Shown here in pieces: positions 54,313-63,882 of a stretch of 64,000 nucleotides of DNA (positions within the stretch are counted from its first letter, which is position 1; the number at the start of each line of letters is the position of its first letter). The notes beneath the pieces were generated by a model that was not told where the DNA came from, made no database searches, and saw only the letters and a list, made by a program, of their open reading frames with translations. The stretch is from contig JBEIDH010000011.1 of assembly GCA_040383535.1 (NCBI GenBank), positions 421-64,420 of the forward strand, given 5' to 3'. Source of the stretch: Chthonomonas sp. GTDB lineage: Bacteria > Armatimonadota > Fimbriimonadia > Fimbriimonadales > Fimbriimonadaceae. The position numbers and the translations under genes are program-made.

Positions 54313-54346
54313 AGGAAAAGGGCCACCGATCCGCATCGGTGAGCCC
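54313..54346 (-). terminator. intrinsic terminator after sepF
   Basis: gggctcaccgat-gcgg-atcggtggccc hairpin (one bulge), followed by ctttt on the minus strand. Confidence 0.6.
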
Positions 54347-54394
54347 TTGATTGACCCTGGAGTGTTTACGTTATGAGGTTAAAACCTGTATATA

Positions 54395-54817
54395 TCAGTT
54401 GCGCGCGGCAGCCATTCGTGGTGAAGCCGGAGCAACTTCGACATTCGCGTGAACAGGAGCGAGCAGGTACACGTTAGTGCCGAGTTCTTCCCAAGTTCCT
54501 TCTTGCGAATAGTTGACGCCAGACATAAAGTCCTTGATCTTCTCGCGCAAAGTCTCGTCACAAGACGAAAGGTTCATGATCTGTTGCTCACCGCGCTTCA
54601 ATCCATCGGCGGCCATCACGGCGTCTTGAAAAGAAGCAACATTTCGCCGTACGGTGATGCCGTATTGCGACCGTGTGTGCACACGATAAGTGGTGGTTGG
54701 GTTCGTAGGAGTGGTGGTTTCTTGTCCCTCTTCCTCGTAAAATTCGTCCTCGCGAACGAAGTAACCCTTAATGCGACTAAAAAATCCAGGTCGCTCCTGG
54801 AGTTCCATCTCTTCCAT
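54395..54817 (-). CDS. sepF: cell division protein SepF
   Basis: C-terminal SFQDAVMAADGLKRGEQQIMNLS...KIKDFMSGVNY...YLLAP. Follows yggS as in ylmE-ylmF synteny. Confidence 0.8.
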   Translation of the reverse strand: MEEMELQERPGFFSRIKGYFVREDEFYEEEGQETTTPTNPTTTYRVHTRSQYGITVRRNVASFQDAVMAADGLKRGEQQIMNLSSCDETLREKIKDFMSGVNYSQEGTWEELGTNVYLLAPVHANVEVAPASPRMAAARN

Positions 54818-54854
54818 AATATTATTAGTCCTTCCTGGATCTAAATGCTGTGAT

Positions 54855-55505
54855 TTAGACGCGCTGCCCAAAGATTGCAGAGCCAACCCTTACAAAATGC
54901 GATCCTTCTTGGACTGCGACTTCGTAATCTCCACTCATTCCCATGCTCAGAACTGGGTTTTCTAAAATCTCTTCAGCCAAAAGCCGACAAGCCTTAAAAT
55001 TCCCGCGTTGTTCTTCCGCATCGTCAAGCGGAGGGCCGATCATCATTAACCCTCGTAACTGTACGTGGTTCCATTGTAAGACACTTTTACTGAATCCGTC
55101 AAGCGCCTCGGGCAAAATTCCCGACTTTTTTTCTTCTTTTGCGATATTTACTTCAATTAAGAGGCTTGGTTTGGCGTTCGCCTTCCCAATTTCGCGCAAA
55201 TGATCCAGATTTGCCAAAGAATGGATCCAAGAAAAGTGCTCAGCGATCTTTTTTGCTTTATTCCCTTGGAGCGTGCCGATAAAGTGCCACACAATATCGT
55301 CAGGCAATGCCGAAATCTTTGGCAGAGCTTCCTGCAATCGGCTTTCTCCAAAGTGTCTTTGCCCACAATCATAGGCTTCTCGAATCGCCTCAATCGGAAC
55401 GGTTTTACTCACCGCCACAAGTTCGACGGAGGAAGGATCACGACCAACAAGTTTGGCGTTTTTCACCAAATCCCCTCGAATCTTTTCTAAATTCTGCGCG
55501 ATCAT
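54855..55505 (-). CDS. yggS: YggS family pyridoxal-phosphate homeostasis protein
   Basis: VELVAVSKT (PLP Lys), HFIGTLQGNK, MGMSGDYEVA. Confidence 0.9.
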   Translation of the reverse strand: MIAQNLEKIRGDLVKNAKLVGRDPSSVELVAVSKTVPIEAIREAYDCGQRHFGESRLQEALPKISALPDDIVWHFIGTLQGNKAKKIAEHFSWIHSLANLDHLREIGKANAKPSLLIEVNIAKEEKKSGILPEALDGFSKSVLQWNHVQLRGLMMIGPPLDDAEEQRGNFKACRLLAEEILENPVLSMGMSGDYEVAVQEGSHFVRVGSAIFGQRV

Positions 55506-55588
55506 CCCCACGGTTCTACGTTGATACCAGAATCCCAGCGCAATAAAGCCTCAGCAAATCCAACACAATTTGCCCCAAAATAGCCCGT

Positions 55589-56341
55589 ATGCCGATCAAA
55601 ACCCCCATCAGAGCCGTATTTTTTGACCTCGACGACACACTTTGCGGCTATTGGGACGCGAGCAAGGCGGCTCTTCGGCAGACTTTCACAGATTTCCCGG
55701 TGGATAACAAGACTCCCGACGAAATGATAGCGGCATGGGCAAGCGCGTTTCGAAAATTCGGACCCACCCTCAAGCAAACCGATCTCTACAAAACATATCT
55801 CAAGGTAGGAAAACCCACCAGAGACCTCCAAATGCAATACACACTCGAAGAACTCGGCATTATTGATACAAGTTTGGCGGAAAATCTTGGCGATTCATAC
55901 GGATATTTGCGTGATGTGAATCTCAAGCTCTTTGAAGAGAGCAGAGAAGTCATCGAAGCCCTCAAACCCAAATACAAACTCGGCCTGATCACCAACGGCC
56001 CCGCCGATATTCAACGGCAAGAGGTCAATACCCTCGGGCTTCAAGACGATTTTGATCCCATCCTCATCGAAGGCGAGATGGAAATCGGCAAACCCGAGTC
56101 CAAAGTCTTCAAACTCGCCATGGAACTGACCGGGGTCACAGACCCTCAGCAGATTCTCATGGTCGGAAACAGCTACAGCCACGACATCGTCGGCGCAATC
56201 AACGCCGGATGGCAAACAGCATGGATCAGAAGGCCGTCCGACGTGCCGCCAAGTCAGACCGAACCCGAGCAAAAACCAGCCAACGGCCCCGAACCGGACA
56301 TGACAATCGGCAATCTGCGCGAATTACTTGCCGAAATTTAA
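55589..56341 (+). CDS. HAD family hydrolase
   Basis: Motifs FFDLDDTL, LITNG, VGNSYSHDI. Confidence 0.8.
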   Translation: MPIKTPIRAVFFDLDDTLCGYWDASKAALRQTFTDFPVDNKTPDEMIAAWASAFRKFGPTLKQTDLYKTYLKVGKPTRDLQMQYTLEELGIIDTSLAENLGDSYGYLRDVNLKLFEESREVIEALKPKYKLGLITNGPADIQRQEVNTLGLQDDFDPILIEGEMEIGKPESKVFKLAMELTGVTDPQQILMVGNSYSHDIVGAINAGWQTAWIRRPSDVPPSQTEPEQKPANGPEPDMTIGNLRELLAEI

Positions 56342-56440
56342 CATTTTGAGGCAGAAACACTCTCAAATCCGTCCAATCCGTGTTAAAGTAGTGTTGATTC
56401 CTGTGCGAAAGCGAAAAGGAATCCGCGGAGCCAACTTAAA

Positions 56441-57430
56441 ATGAAATTATCAAATCGCCGTAGATTTGGAGCATTCACGCTCATTGAACTCTTGGTCGTC
56501 ATCGCGATCATCGCCATCCTCGCCGCAATCCTGTTCCCGGTCTTCGCGCAAGCAAGAACCGCCGCAAAGAAGACGGCCAGCATCAATAGTCTCAAGCAAA
56601 TCGGTTTAGCGACCGTCGGCTATTGCACGGATAATGATGATCTTATGCCTCTGGGCACTCCCCTTAACCTTGGCGCGGGTGTTCCCGTCGAATGGACTTG
56701 GGACCGCTTCATGCCAGTTCCGGCAAGCCAATTGGGCGCGGCAGAACCGCAAGCAAAGAAGGATGTTGCCGAACAGTTCGTCATGAACTCGATCCAACCG
56801 TACATGAAGAACGTGCAAATCCTCGCCGACAGCGTCGGATCAGTGATTCGCACCGCCGGAACATTCGGTCCAACCACTCCTCAGCCAGCAGGTTTGCCCG
56901 CAATCACGTTTACCTACAACGGTTTGCTCCAGAGCTACTCACAAAGTAGCATCGCAGCACCGAGTAGCCTCGTAACCTGGTGGCACGGCCACGGAAAGCG
57001 ATCGCTTTATGGCTACGGCTACGCTTCTCCTTGGATGCAATGCGGAAATACAGGCGCACCATGCGTCTATACCGGCGATACTCCAGGGTGTTCAGGAGCA
57101 TCCAACAACATCGGCGGATATACCAGCAACACCAGCAACACAGGCATGGACGTTTTTACCGGAGGAATGCTCTTTGGCAATTCCGACACCAGTGTAAAGT
57201 ATAAGAGACTGCCAGGAGACGGAATTACTCCGAATCCAGCCGAGCGAGCCGACCCTCGCCGAAACCCATTCGCCAACCATGGCCGAAAGAAGATCCCGTG
57301 CGGACGATGGTACAGCCAAAACTCCTGCTACCCATACTTCTTCCGACCAGATTTCGACTTCGAAACTGCTGAACCTGCCAGCTACCTGGCCGGAACAGTA
57401 GCCTCCCAAGCCGCAGCGTGTACACCATGA
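56441..57430 (+). CDS. prepilin-type N-terminal cleavage/methylation domain protein (DUF1559-like)
   Basis: [31 protein letters not shown]-terminus. Confidence 0.85.
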   Translation: MKLSNRRRFGAFTLIELLVVIAIIAILAAILFPVFAQARTAAKKTASINSLKQIGLATVGYCTDNDDLMPLGTPLNLGAGVPVEWTWDRFMPVPASQLGAAEPQAKKDVAEQFVMNSIQPYMKNVQILADSVGSVIRTAGTFGPTTPQPAGLPAITFTYNGLLQSYSQSSIAAPSSLVTWWHGHGKRSLYGYGYASPWMQCGNTGAPCVYTGDTPGCSGASNNIGGYTSNTSNTGMDVFTGGMLFGNSDTSVKYKRLPGDGITPNPAERADPRRNPFANHGRKKIPCGRWYSQNSCYPYFFRPDFDFETAEPASYLAGTVASQAAACTP

Positions 57431-57609
57431 AAACTAAAATCACTCTTCTCATCGTTAGCCTAACGGCATTTTTCGCAATCGGATGTGGAAGCTCTGATGC
57501 TCCGAGTGCCGACAAGCCTGTTGAAGGCACTGTTGAGTCAAAGGAAGTCACGACCGTTCCAAGTGAAGCGACCGGACGAACTTTTGAAGGCAAAGAAGGC
57601 GACAAGTAA
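57427..57609 (+). CDS. small (60 aa) lipoprotein
   Basis: ATGA overlap with the upstream stop. [20 protein letters not shown] lipobox, followed by a strong terminator. Confidence 0.55.
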   Translation: MKTKITLLIVSLTAFFAIGCGSSDAPSADKPVEGTVESKEVTTVPSEATGRTFEGKEGDK

Positions 57610-57642
57610 GCTCGCTTTCTGTTTATCCTAATTGAAATTCCC

Positions 57643-57676
57643 AGCCCCCAGGCAAACGCCTGGGGGCTTTCTTTTA
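57643..57676 (+). terminator. intrinsic terminator
   Basis: Perfect 11-bp stem agcccccaggc/gcctgggggct with aaac loop, then ttcttttaa. Confidence 0.85.
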
Positions 57677-57682
57677 ACCACA

Positions 57683-57763
57683 GAAAAGTCCCCCTCTTTG
57701 ACCCGCCGTGCTCTCGATCATGTTGTGCTTTTGTGGTCAAGGAGGGGGATTTAGGGGGCGGTC
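57683..57763 (-). repeat. palindromic G/C-tract repeat unit, copy B (inverted relative to copy A)
   Basis: Reverse complement is gaccgccccctaaatccccctccttgacc, a 30-nt unique core, then gggtcaaagagggggacttttc. Left arm is 26/29 identical to copy A. Confidence 0.8.
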
Positions 57764-57810
57764 TTGCTGCGGGCGATCAAGAACGTGCTGCCAGGAGTCC
57801 AGAATCCTTC

Positions 57811-57890
57811 GACCTCACCCCTAACCCCTCTCCTTCGCCACCACATCCCGGGACGGGACAAGTGATGTGTGCGAAAGAGAGGGGAAAATC
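57811..57890 (+). repeat. palindromic G/C-tract repeat unit, copy C1
   Basis: gacctcacccctaacccctctccttcgcc, a 31-nt core, then gcgaaagagaggggaaaatc. The arm junction is changed on both sides while keeping complementarity. Confidence 0.7.
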
Positions 57891-57892
57891 CA

Positions 57893-57945
57893 GAAAGTTC
57901 CCCCTCGCCCGGCGGGAAGAGGGGGCTAGGGGGCGAAGGGGGCGC
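57893..57945 (-). repeat. repeat unit, copy C2 (inverted, core almost deleted)
   Basis: gaaagttccccctcgccc-ggc-gggaagagggggctagggggcgaaggggg. Both arm types are recognisable. Confidence 0.55.
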
Positions 57946-58012
57946 TGATGCTTAGCTCGTATCTTGTCTTTACTTTATAAGGAATTCTTGCCTTGAGTAC
58001 AAGACCTTCTTT

Positions 58013-58046
58013 CCCTAGCCCTTTCTTCCTAAAGGCGAAAGGGGAC
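58013..58046 (+). repeat. possible degenerate repeat unit, copy D
   Basis: ccctagccctttcttcc-taaa-ggcgaaaggggac shows a weak resemblance to both arms. Confidence 0.3.
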
Positions 58047-58186
58047 AAGCGGGATTTCATAGGGATGTCCGCGCATGATCCTAAAAGCCAAGGCGTTTTT
58101 GGGTCCTTTTTACGCGATAGCGCAAAAAGAAACCCCGCCTTCTAAAAACGATTCCCACCCATCCCCGGTAGAATCAGGACAGCGTT

Positions 58187-61100
58187 ATGCGAATGAGCGA
58201 GTGGGCCAAGTGGCTCACCCAAAATGAGCGGTTTAGCCAGATTTTGACCTCCCCCGAACTGCCGGCGGAGTGGAGTGATGTTGCGCCCGATGCGCGTCCT
58301 TTGCTGGTTGCGTCGCTCTTTAAGAAGAATCCGCGGCCTCTGTTGCTGATTGTTTCGTCTCACGAAAAAGCCCTGATTTGGCAAGCGAAATTGCAGCTTT
58401 GTGGGATTCCGGATTCGCGGATTCGGCAATTGCCTTCGGGATTAAGCGCGCTGTTTGAAGATGCTTCGCCGGAAAGTGTCGCCTTGAGTGACAGAATTGG
58501 GGCATTGCGATTCCTGGTCGGCGACGTGCCGGGGATTGTGATCACGACTCCACAAGCGGCGCTCGAGCGAACTTTGCCGCGCGATTTGCTGGAAAGCGCA
58601 TTCTTTGAGGTCCGCGTGAATGACACCGTGGACATGGATTCGATCATTGATAGCCTGAAAAGATTGGGCTACGATCCCGCCGAACCCGTGCGCGTTCCGG
58701 GCCAATATAGCCGGCGCGGAGGGATTTTGGACGTGTTTGCGATGGGCATGGAGCAGCCGATTCGCATTGAATTCTTTGATGATTTAGTGGAAAGTATGAG
58801 AATTTTTGATCCCAATTCTCAACGCTCCATTTCCAAGATTGAAGAACTCGTGCTCGCGCCAAGTCGTGAAGTGATTTACCCCGCTGAAACGGATTTGCAG
58901 GCTTTTATGAGCATGATTCAGCGGACTTTGGAGCAAGAATGCGCAGGATTGGACGAAGAAACCGCGTCTCGGCTGAACTTGTTGGTGGATTCGGACATTT
59001 CGGCTCTCTCTCAGCGTGTGTATTTTGATCGCTTGGAGCTTTACCGGCCATTATTGCACCCGGATTCGGGTTGTGCGATTGATTTGCTTGGGGAGAATGG
59101 GATTGTCATGTTGGATGATCCGTTCGAACTCGAACCGATTGCGGCTAGGGCGGAGGAAGATCTTTCGGAGGCCTTGACCGCACGAAGCGAACGCGGGGAA
59201 ATCCTCACCGCTACCGCGAATGATTACCTTTATTCACCGCAAAAGATGGCAAACGGCCCGAATTGGATCGCGCTTACCGCGATTGGGGCGATTCCATCGT
59301 GGATGGGGCATCCGAAAATTGTGGAGATTGAGGGATTAAGCACGTCTCCTTATCGTTCTCAAGCGGCTTATTTGGTGCAAAGCATCAAGAATTGGATCGA
59401 GGCTGAGTATAGAGTCTTCGTCGCCACTGATCAACCGACAAGGGCAAAGGCAATGCTCGATCAGGTTGAGTTATTCGCTAACGAAATCAAACAAGATACA
59501 ACTCCAGACGCGCCTGGATTGTATATGGTCACCGGAAACATCGCTGGTGGAGCACTATTCCCGCAAGACAAGGTTTGTTTGCTCACAGACATGGAGCTTT
59601 TTGGGGTAGGTAGGCTGAAACTACCGCAAAGAAAGTTCAATGAAGGCGCGCCCATCACGACTGTCTTAGACCTTAAGGAAGGTGACTTTGTTGTTCACAT
59701 CAACTTCGGGATTGGCATCTTTAGAGGTTTGGTGAAACGATCCGTTGCTGGGGTCGAGAAAGAGTTTTTGTTTATTGAATACGCGACTCCGGACAAGCTG
59801 TACGTCCCTGCTGATCAGCTTGATCGGATTCAGAAGTATTTGAACCCCGGAGATGCGAATCCAAAGTTGAATCGCTTAACCGGTGGGGAATGGCAAAAGA
59901 CAGTCAAAAAAGCCCGCGAAGAAGCTAGAGAGTTTGCAAGAGATCTCACTAGCCTTTATGCGGAAAGGAAGACGGTACAACGCATCCCTTTTGGCCCGGA
60001 CAGTCCGTGGCAGGGGGAAATGGAAGCGACGTTCCCCTACGTGGAGACGCCGAGCCAGATGCGAGCGATCAATGACGTCAAGCTTGACCTAAAACAAGAC
60101 TTTCCAATGGATCGCCTCGTGTGTGGGGATGTAGGTTTTGGGAAAACTGAAGTCGCGATTCGGGCTGCATTCAAAGTTGCCCAAGCCGGTAAGCAAGTCG
60201 CCATCCTTTGCCCGACTACCATTCTTTCTGAGCAGCATTTCCGCAACTTTGAAGAAAGATTAGGTGCTTTTCCGATCAAGTTGGAGCTGATTAATCGCTT
60301 TAGAACAACGTCTGAACGCCGCGAAGCACTCGCAGGACTTGAAGATGGCTCTGTTGATATTGTGCTCGGGACTCATGCACTTTTGAATAGCGAGATCAAG
60401 TTCAAGGACTTAGGGCTAGTGATCATTGACGAGGAGCAAAAATTCGGAGTCAAGCATAAAGAGCAATTGAAGAAACTACGAGTTTCAGTGGATATTTTAA
60501 CTCTTAGCGCAACTCCGATTCCCCGGACGTTGAGCATGGCATTGATGGACATTCGCCAGATGTCTCTTATCACTGATCCTCCGCCCGGACGTTTGCCTGT
60601 TCGGACTTTTGTGCGGCCATATAGCAAAGAAGTCGTCCGCGAAGCCGTTTTGCGCGAACTCGCCCGCGGTGGGCAGGTTTATTACGTTTATAACCGAGTC
60701 CAGGGGATCTATCACATCGCGGATGAGATTCAGAAGCTAGCGCCAAACGCAAAGATCGTCGTTGGTCACGGGCAAATGCACGAGAAAGAACTTGAACCCG
60801 TCATGCTCGCCTTCATTCGGGGGGAAGCGGATATTCTGATCTCGACCACCATCGTCGAATCAGGTTTGGATATTCCGAATGCAAATACTCTGGTCGTTGA
60901 GGATGCGGATCGTATGGGTCTCGCGCAGCTTTATCAACTAAGAGGACGAGTAGGGCGGTCAGATCGCCAAGCTTACGCCTACCTTTTGCACGAAAATAAC
61001 AAGGTTCTGAGCGAGAATGCGGTGGGAAGACTACAAGCATTACAGGAATTTAGCGCATTAGGTTCTGGATACAGCCTAGCCTTTCGTGACTTGCAAATTA

Positions 61101-61735
61101 GAGGTGCTGGTGACCTACTGGGTGCAAAGCAGCACGGGACGATGGCGACGGTTGGTTATGATCTATTCATGCAATTGATTGCCGAAGAAGTGAAGTTCCT
61201 GAAGCATCATGCAGACGGAGAAACTGGAAAGGCATCGTATAAGGATCCATTGGATGGACTAGAACCTTTACCACCTTTAGATCTCCCAACCAAGGCATTT
61301 ATTCCGGAAAGCTACATCCCCGATCAGACTCAAAGGCTTTACTACTACCAAGCCATGATGAGCCGAAGAACTCCCGAGAAACTCGCGGAAGTGGAGCAGG
61401 AGATCACCGATCGCTACGGGAAGATGCCAGATGAAGCCAAGCGAGCGCTTTGGATCATGCGACTCCGCATGCGGGCACACAAGCTCAAGATTGACAAGAT
61501 GGATGGTGCCTCCGGACGCCTGGTTGTTCACTGGAGACCAAACGTAGAGCACAATCCTAGGCTTTGGAATCTGTTACAACGCATCCAAAAGGACTGTTCT
61601 CACAATCGTGGAGTTTTGACTTGGCCGTATACCGGGGGGCCGCTGGCTGCGTGTGATCGGATGATCGAAGCGATTGAGACCGTCACTGCCGATCTTGATG
61701 CCCAACTTGCATCCATAGGTCACGCGCGAACTTAA
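58187..61735 (+). CDS. mfd: transcription-repair coupling factor
   Basis: 1182 aa. UvrB-homology N-terminus, CarD/RID (GDFVVHINFGIG), SF2 translocase motifs (GDVGFGKTE, DEEQKFGV, SATPIPRT, QLRGRVGRS) and TRG/CTD. Confidence 0.96.
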   Translation: MRMSEWAKWLTQNERFSQILTSPELPAEWSDVAPDARPLLVASLFKKNPRPLLLIVSSHEKALIWQAKLQLCGIPDSRIRQLPSGLSALFEDASPESVALSDRIGALRFLVGDVPGIVITTPQAALERTLPRDLLESAFFEVRVNDTVDMDSIIDSLKRLGYDPAEPVRVPGQYSRRGGILDVFAMGMEQPIRIEFFDDLVESMRIFDPNSQRSISKIEELVLAPSREVIYPAETDLQAFMSMIQRTLEQECAGLDEETASRLNLLVDSDISALSQRVYFDRLELYRPLLHPDSGCAIDLLGENGIVMLDDPFELEPIAARAEEDLSEALTARSERGEILTATANDYLYSPQKMANGPNWIALTAIGAIPSWMGHPKIVEIEGLSTSPYRSQAAYLVQSIKNWIEAEYRVFVATDQPTRAKAMLDQVELFANEIKQDTTPDAPGLYMVTGNIAGGALFPQDKVCLLTDMELFGVGRLKLPQRKFNEGAPITTVLDLKEGDFVVHINFGIGIFRGLVKRSVAGVEKEFLFIEYATPDKLYVPADQLDRIQKYLNPGDANPKLNRLTGGEWQKTVKKAREEAREFARDLTSLYAERKTVQRIPFGPDSPWQGEMEATFPYVETPSQMRAINDVKLDLKQDFPMDRLVCGDVGFGKTEVAIRAAFKVAQAGKQVAILCPTTILSEQHFRNFEERLGAFPIKLELINRFRTTSERREALAGLEDGSVDIVLGTHALLNSEIKFKDLGLVIIDEEQKFGVKHKEQLKKLRVSVDILTLSATPIPRTLSMALMDIRQMSLITDPPPGRLPVRTFVRPYSKEVVREAVLRELARGGQVYYVYNRVQGIYHIADEIQKLAPNAKIVVGHGQMHEKELEPVMLAFIRGEADILISTTIVESGLDIPNANTLVVEDADRMGLAQLYQLRGRVGRSDRQAYAYLLHENNKVLSENAVGRLQALQEFSALGSGYSLAFRDLQIRGAGDLLGAKQHGTMATVGYDLFMQLIAEEVKFLKHHADGETGKASYKDPLDGLEPLPPLDLPTKAFIPESYIPDQTQRLYYYQAMMSRRTPEKLAEVEQEITDRYGKMPDEAKRALWIMRLRMRAHKLKIDKMDGASGRLVVHWRPNVEHNPRLWNLLQRIQKDCSHNRGVLTWPYTGGPLAACDRMIEAIETVTADLDAQLASIGHART

Positions 61736-63882
61736 CTCTTACCTAAAATCACAACCGAATAGGGCGCCAAATTCACGGTACCGCTTTGAGCCATTCCGTC
61801 TTGAGCTGGAGCGGTGGTGTTCAAGTTGAAGTTGCTTATATTCCCAAACAACGAGGAATAGCCGTTCCAGTCGCTATTGAATAACACATTCCATCCACCG
61901 GCCCGTGGTAAACCGATTCTATAGTTGTTGTAGGTCGTGTTCCTGAAGTTCGCGATGACAACGACATCATCATTCGTTCCACCATTCATCCAGCGGTGGT
62001 AAGCGATGACCTTATTAGACTCATTCATATGGTGAACGTTGATATTATTGCCCCGCAGGCCGTTGGAGCTCCCATTAAGATTCCGACGCAATCGAATGAG
62101 GTCGCGATAAAGTGCCTTGATTCCAGCGTAAGTCGTGTTTTTCGTCCAATCAATTGGATCGGTATCTGCGAACCAACCATCTTCTAAGAATTCCTGCCCT
62201 TGGAAAATCATCGGCATTCCGGGTGCGGTAAGGGTAATCGCGGCGCCAAGGGTAGATCTCTTCTGAGCCCAAAGAGAATCAGGATCGGCAGGATCTATCG
62301 TGCTGGTTACTCGCTGCTTACCATTCGCATTTTCATCGTGTGATTCGGTGTAAATGACGCGCTGCATCGGATTACCATTAAAGTTTTCTAAAAGCTGAGC
62401 GCGCACGTTAGACATGCTTCGCGCATTATCGTCGCCACCGGTGATTTGACTTCGGATGTTGTGCACATAATTGGACCATTGAGCATCAAATCCGGCTCCG
62501 CCCTGACTCGTAGGTCGCGTAATCCACGAATCGTTTTGCAAGTCTTCTGCGATGTTGATTTTCCAAGGCTGAGAGGCTTTGAGTTCGTTGTTTAGGTATT
62601 GAAGGAGACTCCAGCCGTCTGGATTATCGCCCCAGTTTGTGCGACGAATGTTGAGAGTCGAATCCCATCGAAAACCGCTGACCCGGTATTCATTTGCCCA
62701 TTCCATTTGGTTATCGCGGATGAACTGCCGGACTTCTCCTCGACCAAAATCTGGCCTTGTATCGCCCCAAGGGGTGATCGCCCGATCGTCATTGTAAAAG
62801 AAAATCCCACCTCTACCATTTTGTGACCAACCGTCAAATTGCCAAATCCCAAGGTCACTCGGACCGTAGTGATTGTGAACAACATCTAAAAGAACCGCGA
62901 TTCCGCGAGCGTTTGCCTCGTTAACAAGTCTCTTAAGATTCGCTGGTCCACCGTAAGCGGATTCAACCGCGAATTGGTGGGAAGGGTTATATCCCCAGCT
63001 GTAGTCACCGGGAAACTCTTGGACGGGCAGCAGTTTAATCACGTTCACTCCCAAATCATGTAAGTGATCGAGCTTCAGGATTGCACTACTAAAGGTTCCA
63101 GGCACTCCTCCGGGAGTATCGTTATACGTACCGATGTGCATTTGGTAAATGACCGCATCGTTCCACGTTGGAGTTGCGAAATTATTGTTGGTCCAAACAA
63201 ATGCTTTGTGATCCATGATCACCGAGTTTCCAACGGAGTTTGTCAAACTTCTTGCCCAAGGATCATTACGCCAAAGAGTGTTGGTGCCATTCTTCAAAAC
63301 AAATTTATATTGTTGACCCGCGAGAGCGTTGCGCAAGTCTAGGCTCCACCAACCGCCTGGCTCGCTGACCATCGTAGCTTGCGTTGTGCTCCAGTTATTG
63401 AATTGACCAGCAACATTGGCTCCAGATGCATTCGGTGCCCAGATTCGGAAAGTGGTTCCACCGGTGAATGGAATCGCGCCCTTACCGTCAAATTCCGATT
63501 TAACGATGCTCACTTGCTTTGTGAACTTTGCCGGAGTGACGCGCGAGTGGTAAACCCCAATGTGATAGGTTGATGTTTGGAGAGCCGGAACGGACTTGTT
63601 TGTGACGCGAATCGTCGAACCTTCTTTGACTTTCGTGAAAACGTGATCATATTGGGTGAGATTTGGTCGGGCTCCTCGGCGGAGGTAGACGGTTGACCCT
63701 GCTGGAATTTTGGTGAGCTTTACCGAGAGTTCGCCGTGCCAGTTCGAGGTTGTGATCTGGTCATAAGTCCACGTCATGTTCGGTTGCGGACGTAGAGATT
63801 CTAGGTTCTGCGCATTGGCAAGAGAGATGGCGGAGCTGAGCGCGGCGATCAAAAAGAATTTAGAGGAGCATCGTTGCATCAT
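61732..63882 (-). CDS. secreted GH13 alpha-amylase family protein, branching-enzyme-like, with CBM48 and N-terminal PPC-like domain
   Basis: Signal peptide; FRIWAPNA...QYKFVL (CBM48); GH13 regions LLDVVHNHYGP, GFRWDST, IAEDL, YTESHDE. Confidence 0.85.
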   Translation of the reverse strand: MMQRCSSKFFLIAALSSAISLANAQNLESLRPQPNMTWTYDQITTSNWHGELSVKLTKIPAGSTVYLRRGARPNLTQYDHVFTKVKEGSTIRVTNKSVPALQTSTYHIGVYHSRVTPAKFTKQVSIVKSEFDGKGAIPFTGGTTFRIWAPNASGANVAGQFNNWSTTQATMVSEPGGWWSLDLRNALAGQQYKFVLKNGTNTLWRNDPWARSLTNSVGNSVIMDHKAFVWTNNNFATPTWNDAVIYQMHIGTYNDTPGGVPGTFSSAILKLDHLHDLGVNVIKLLPVQEFPGDYSWGYNPSHQFAVESAYGGPANLKRLVNEANARGIAVLLDVVHNHYGPSDLGIWQFDGWSQNGRGGIFFYNDDRAITPWGDTRPDFGRGEVRQFIRDNQMEWANEYRVSGFRWDSTLNIRRTNWGDNPDGWSLLQYLNNELKASQPWKINIAEDLQNDSWITRPTSQGGAGFDAQWSNYVHNIRSQITGGDDNARSMSNVRAQLLENFNGNPMQRVIYTESHDENANGKQRVTSTIDPADPDSLWAQKRSTLGAAITLTAPGMPMIFQGQEFLEDGWFADTDPIDWTKNTTYAGIKALYRDLIRLRRNLNGSSNGLRGNNINVHHMNESNKVIAYHRWMNGGTNDDVVVIANFRNTTYNNYRIGLPRAGGWNVLFNSDWNGYSSLFGNISNFNLNTTAPAQDGMAQSGTVNLAPYSVVILGKS

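Noticed and set aside
57683-57945. Conserved arms flanking unique 30-nt cores looked superficially like CRISPR repeat-spacer units.
   Set aside because: The two arms differ from each other and are mutually complementary. The units are in alternating orientation and not regularly spaced, one copy is isolated 50 kb away, and there are no cas genes.
57733-57948. 71-aa ORF (…TPNPSPSPPHPGTGQ…GARGRRGR) in the mfd upstream gap.
   Set aside because: The reading frame is generated by the G/C-tract repeat arms. It has low complexity, no RBS and no family resemblance.
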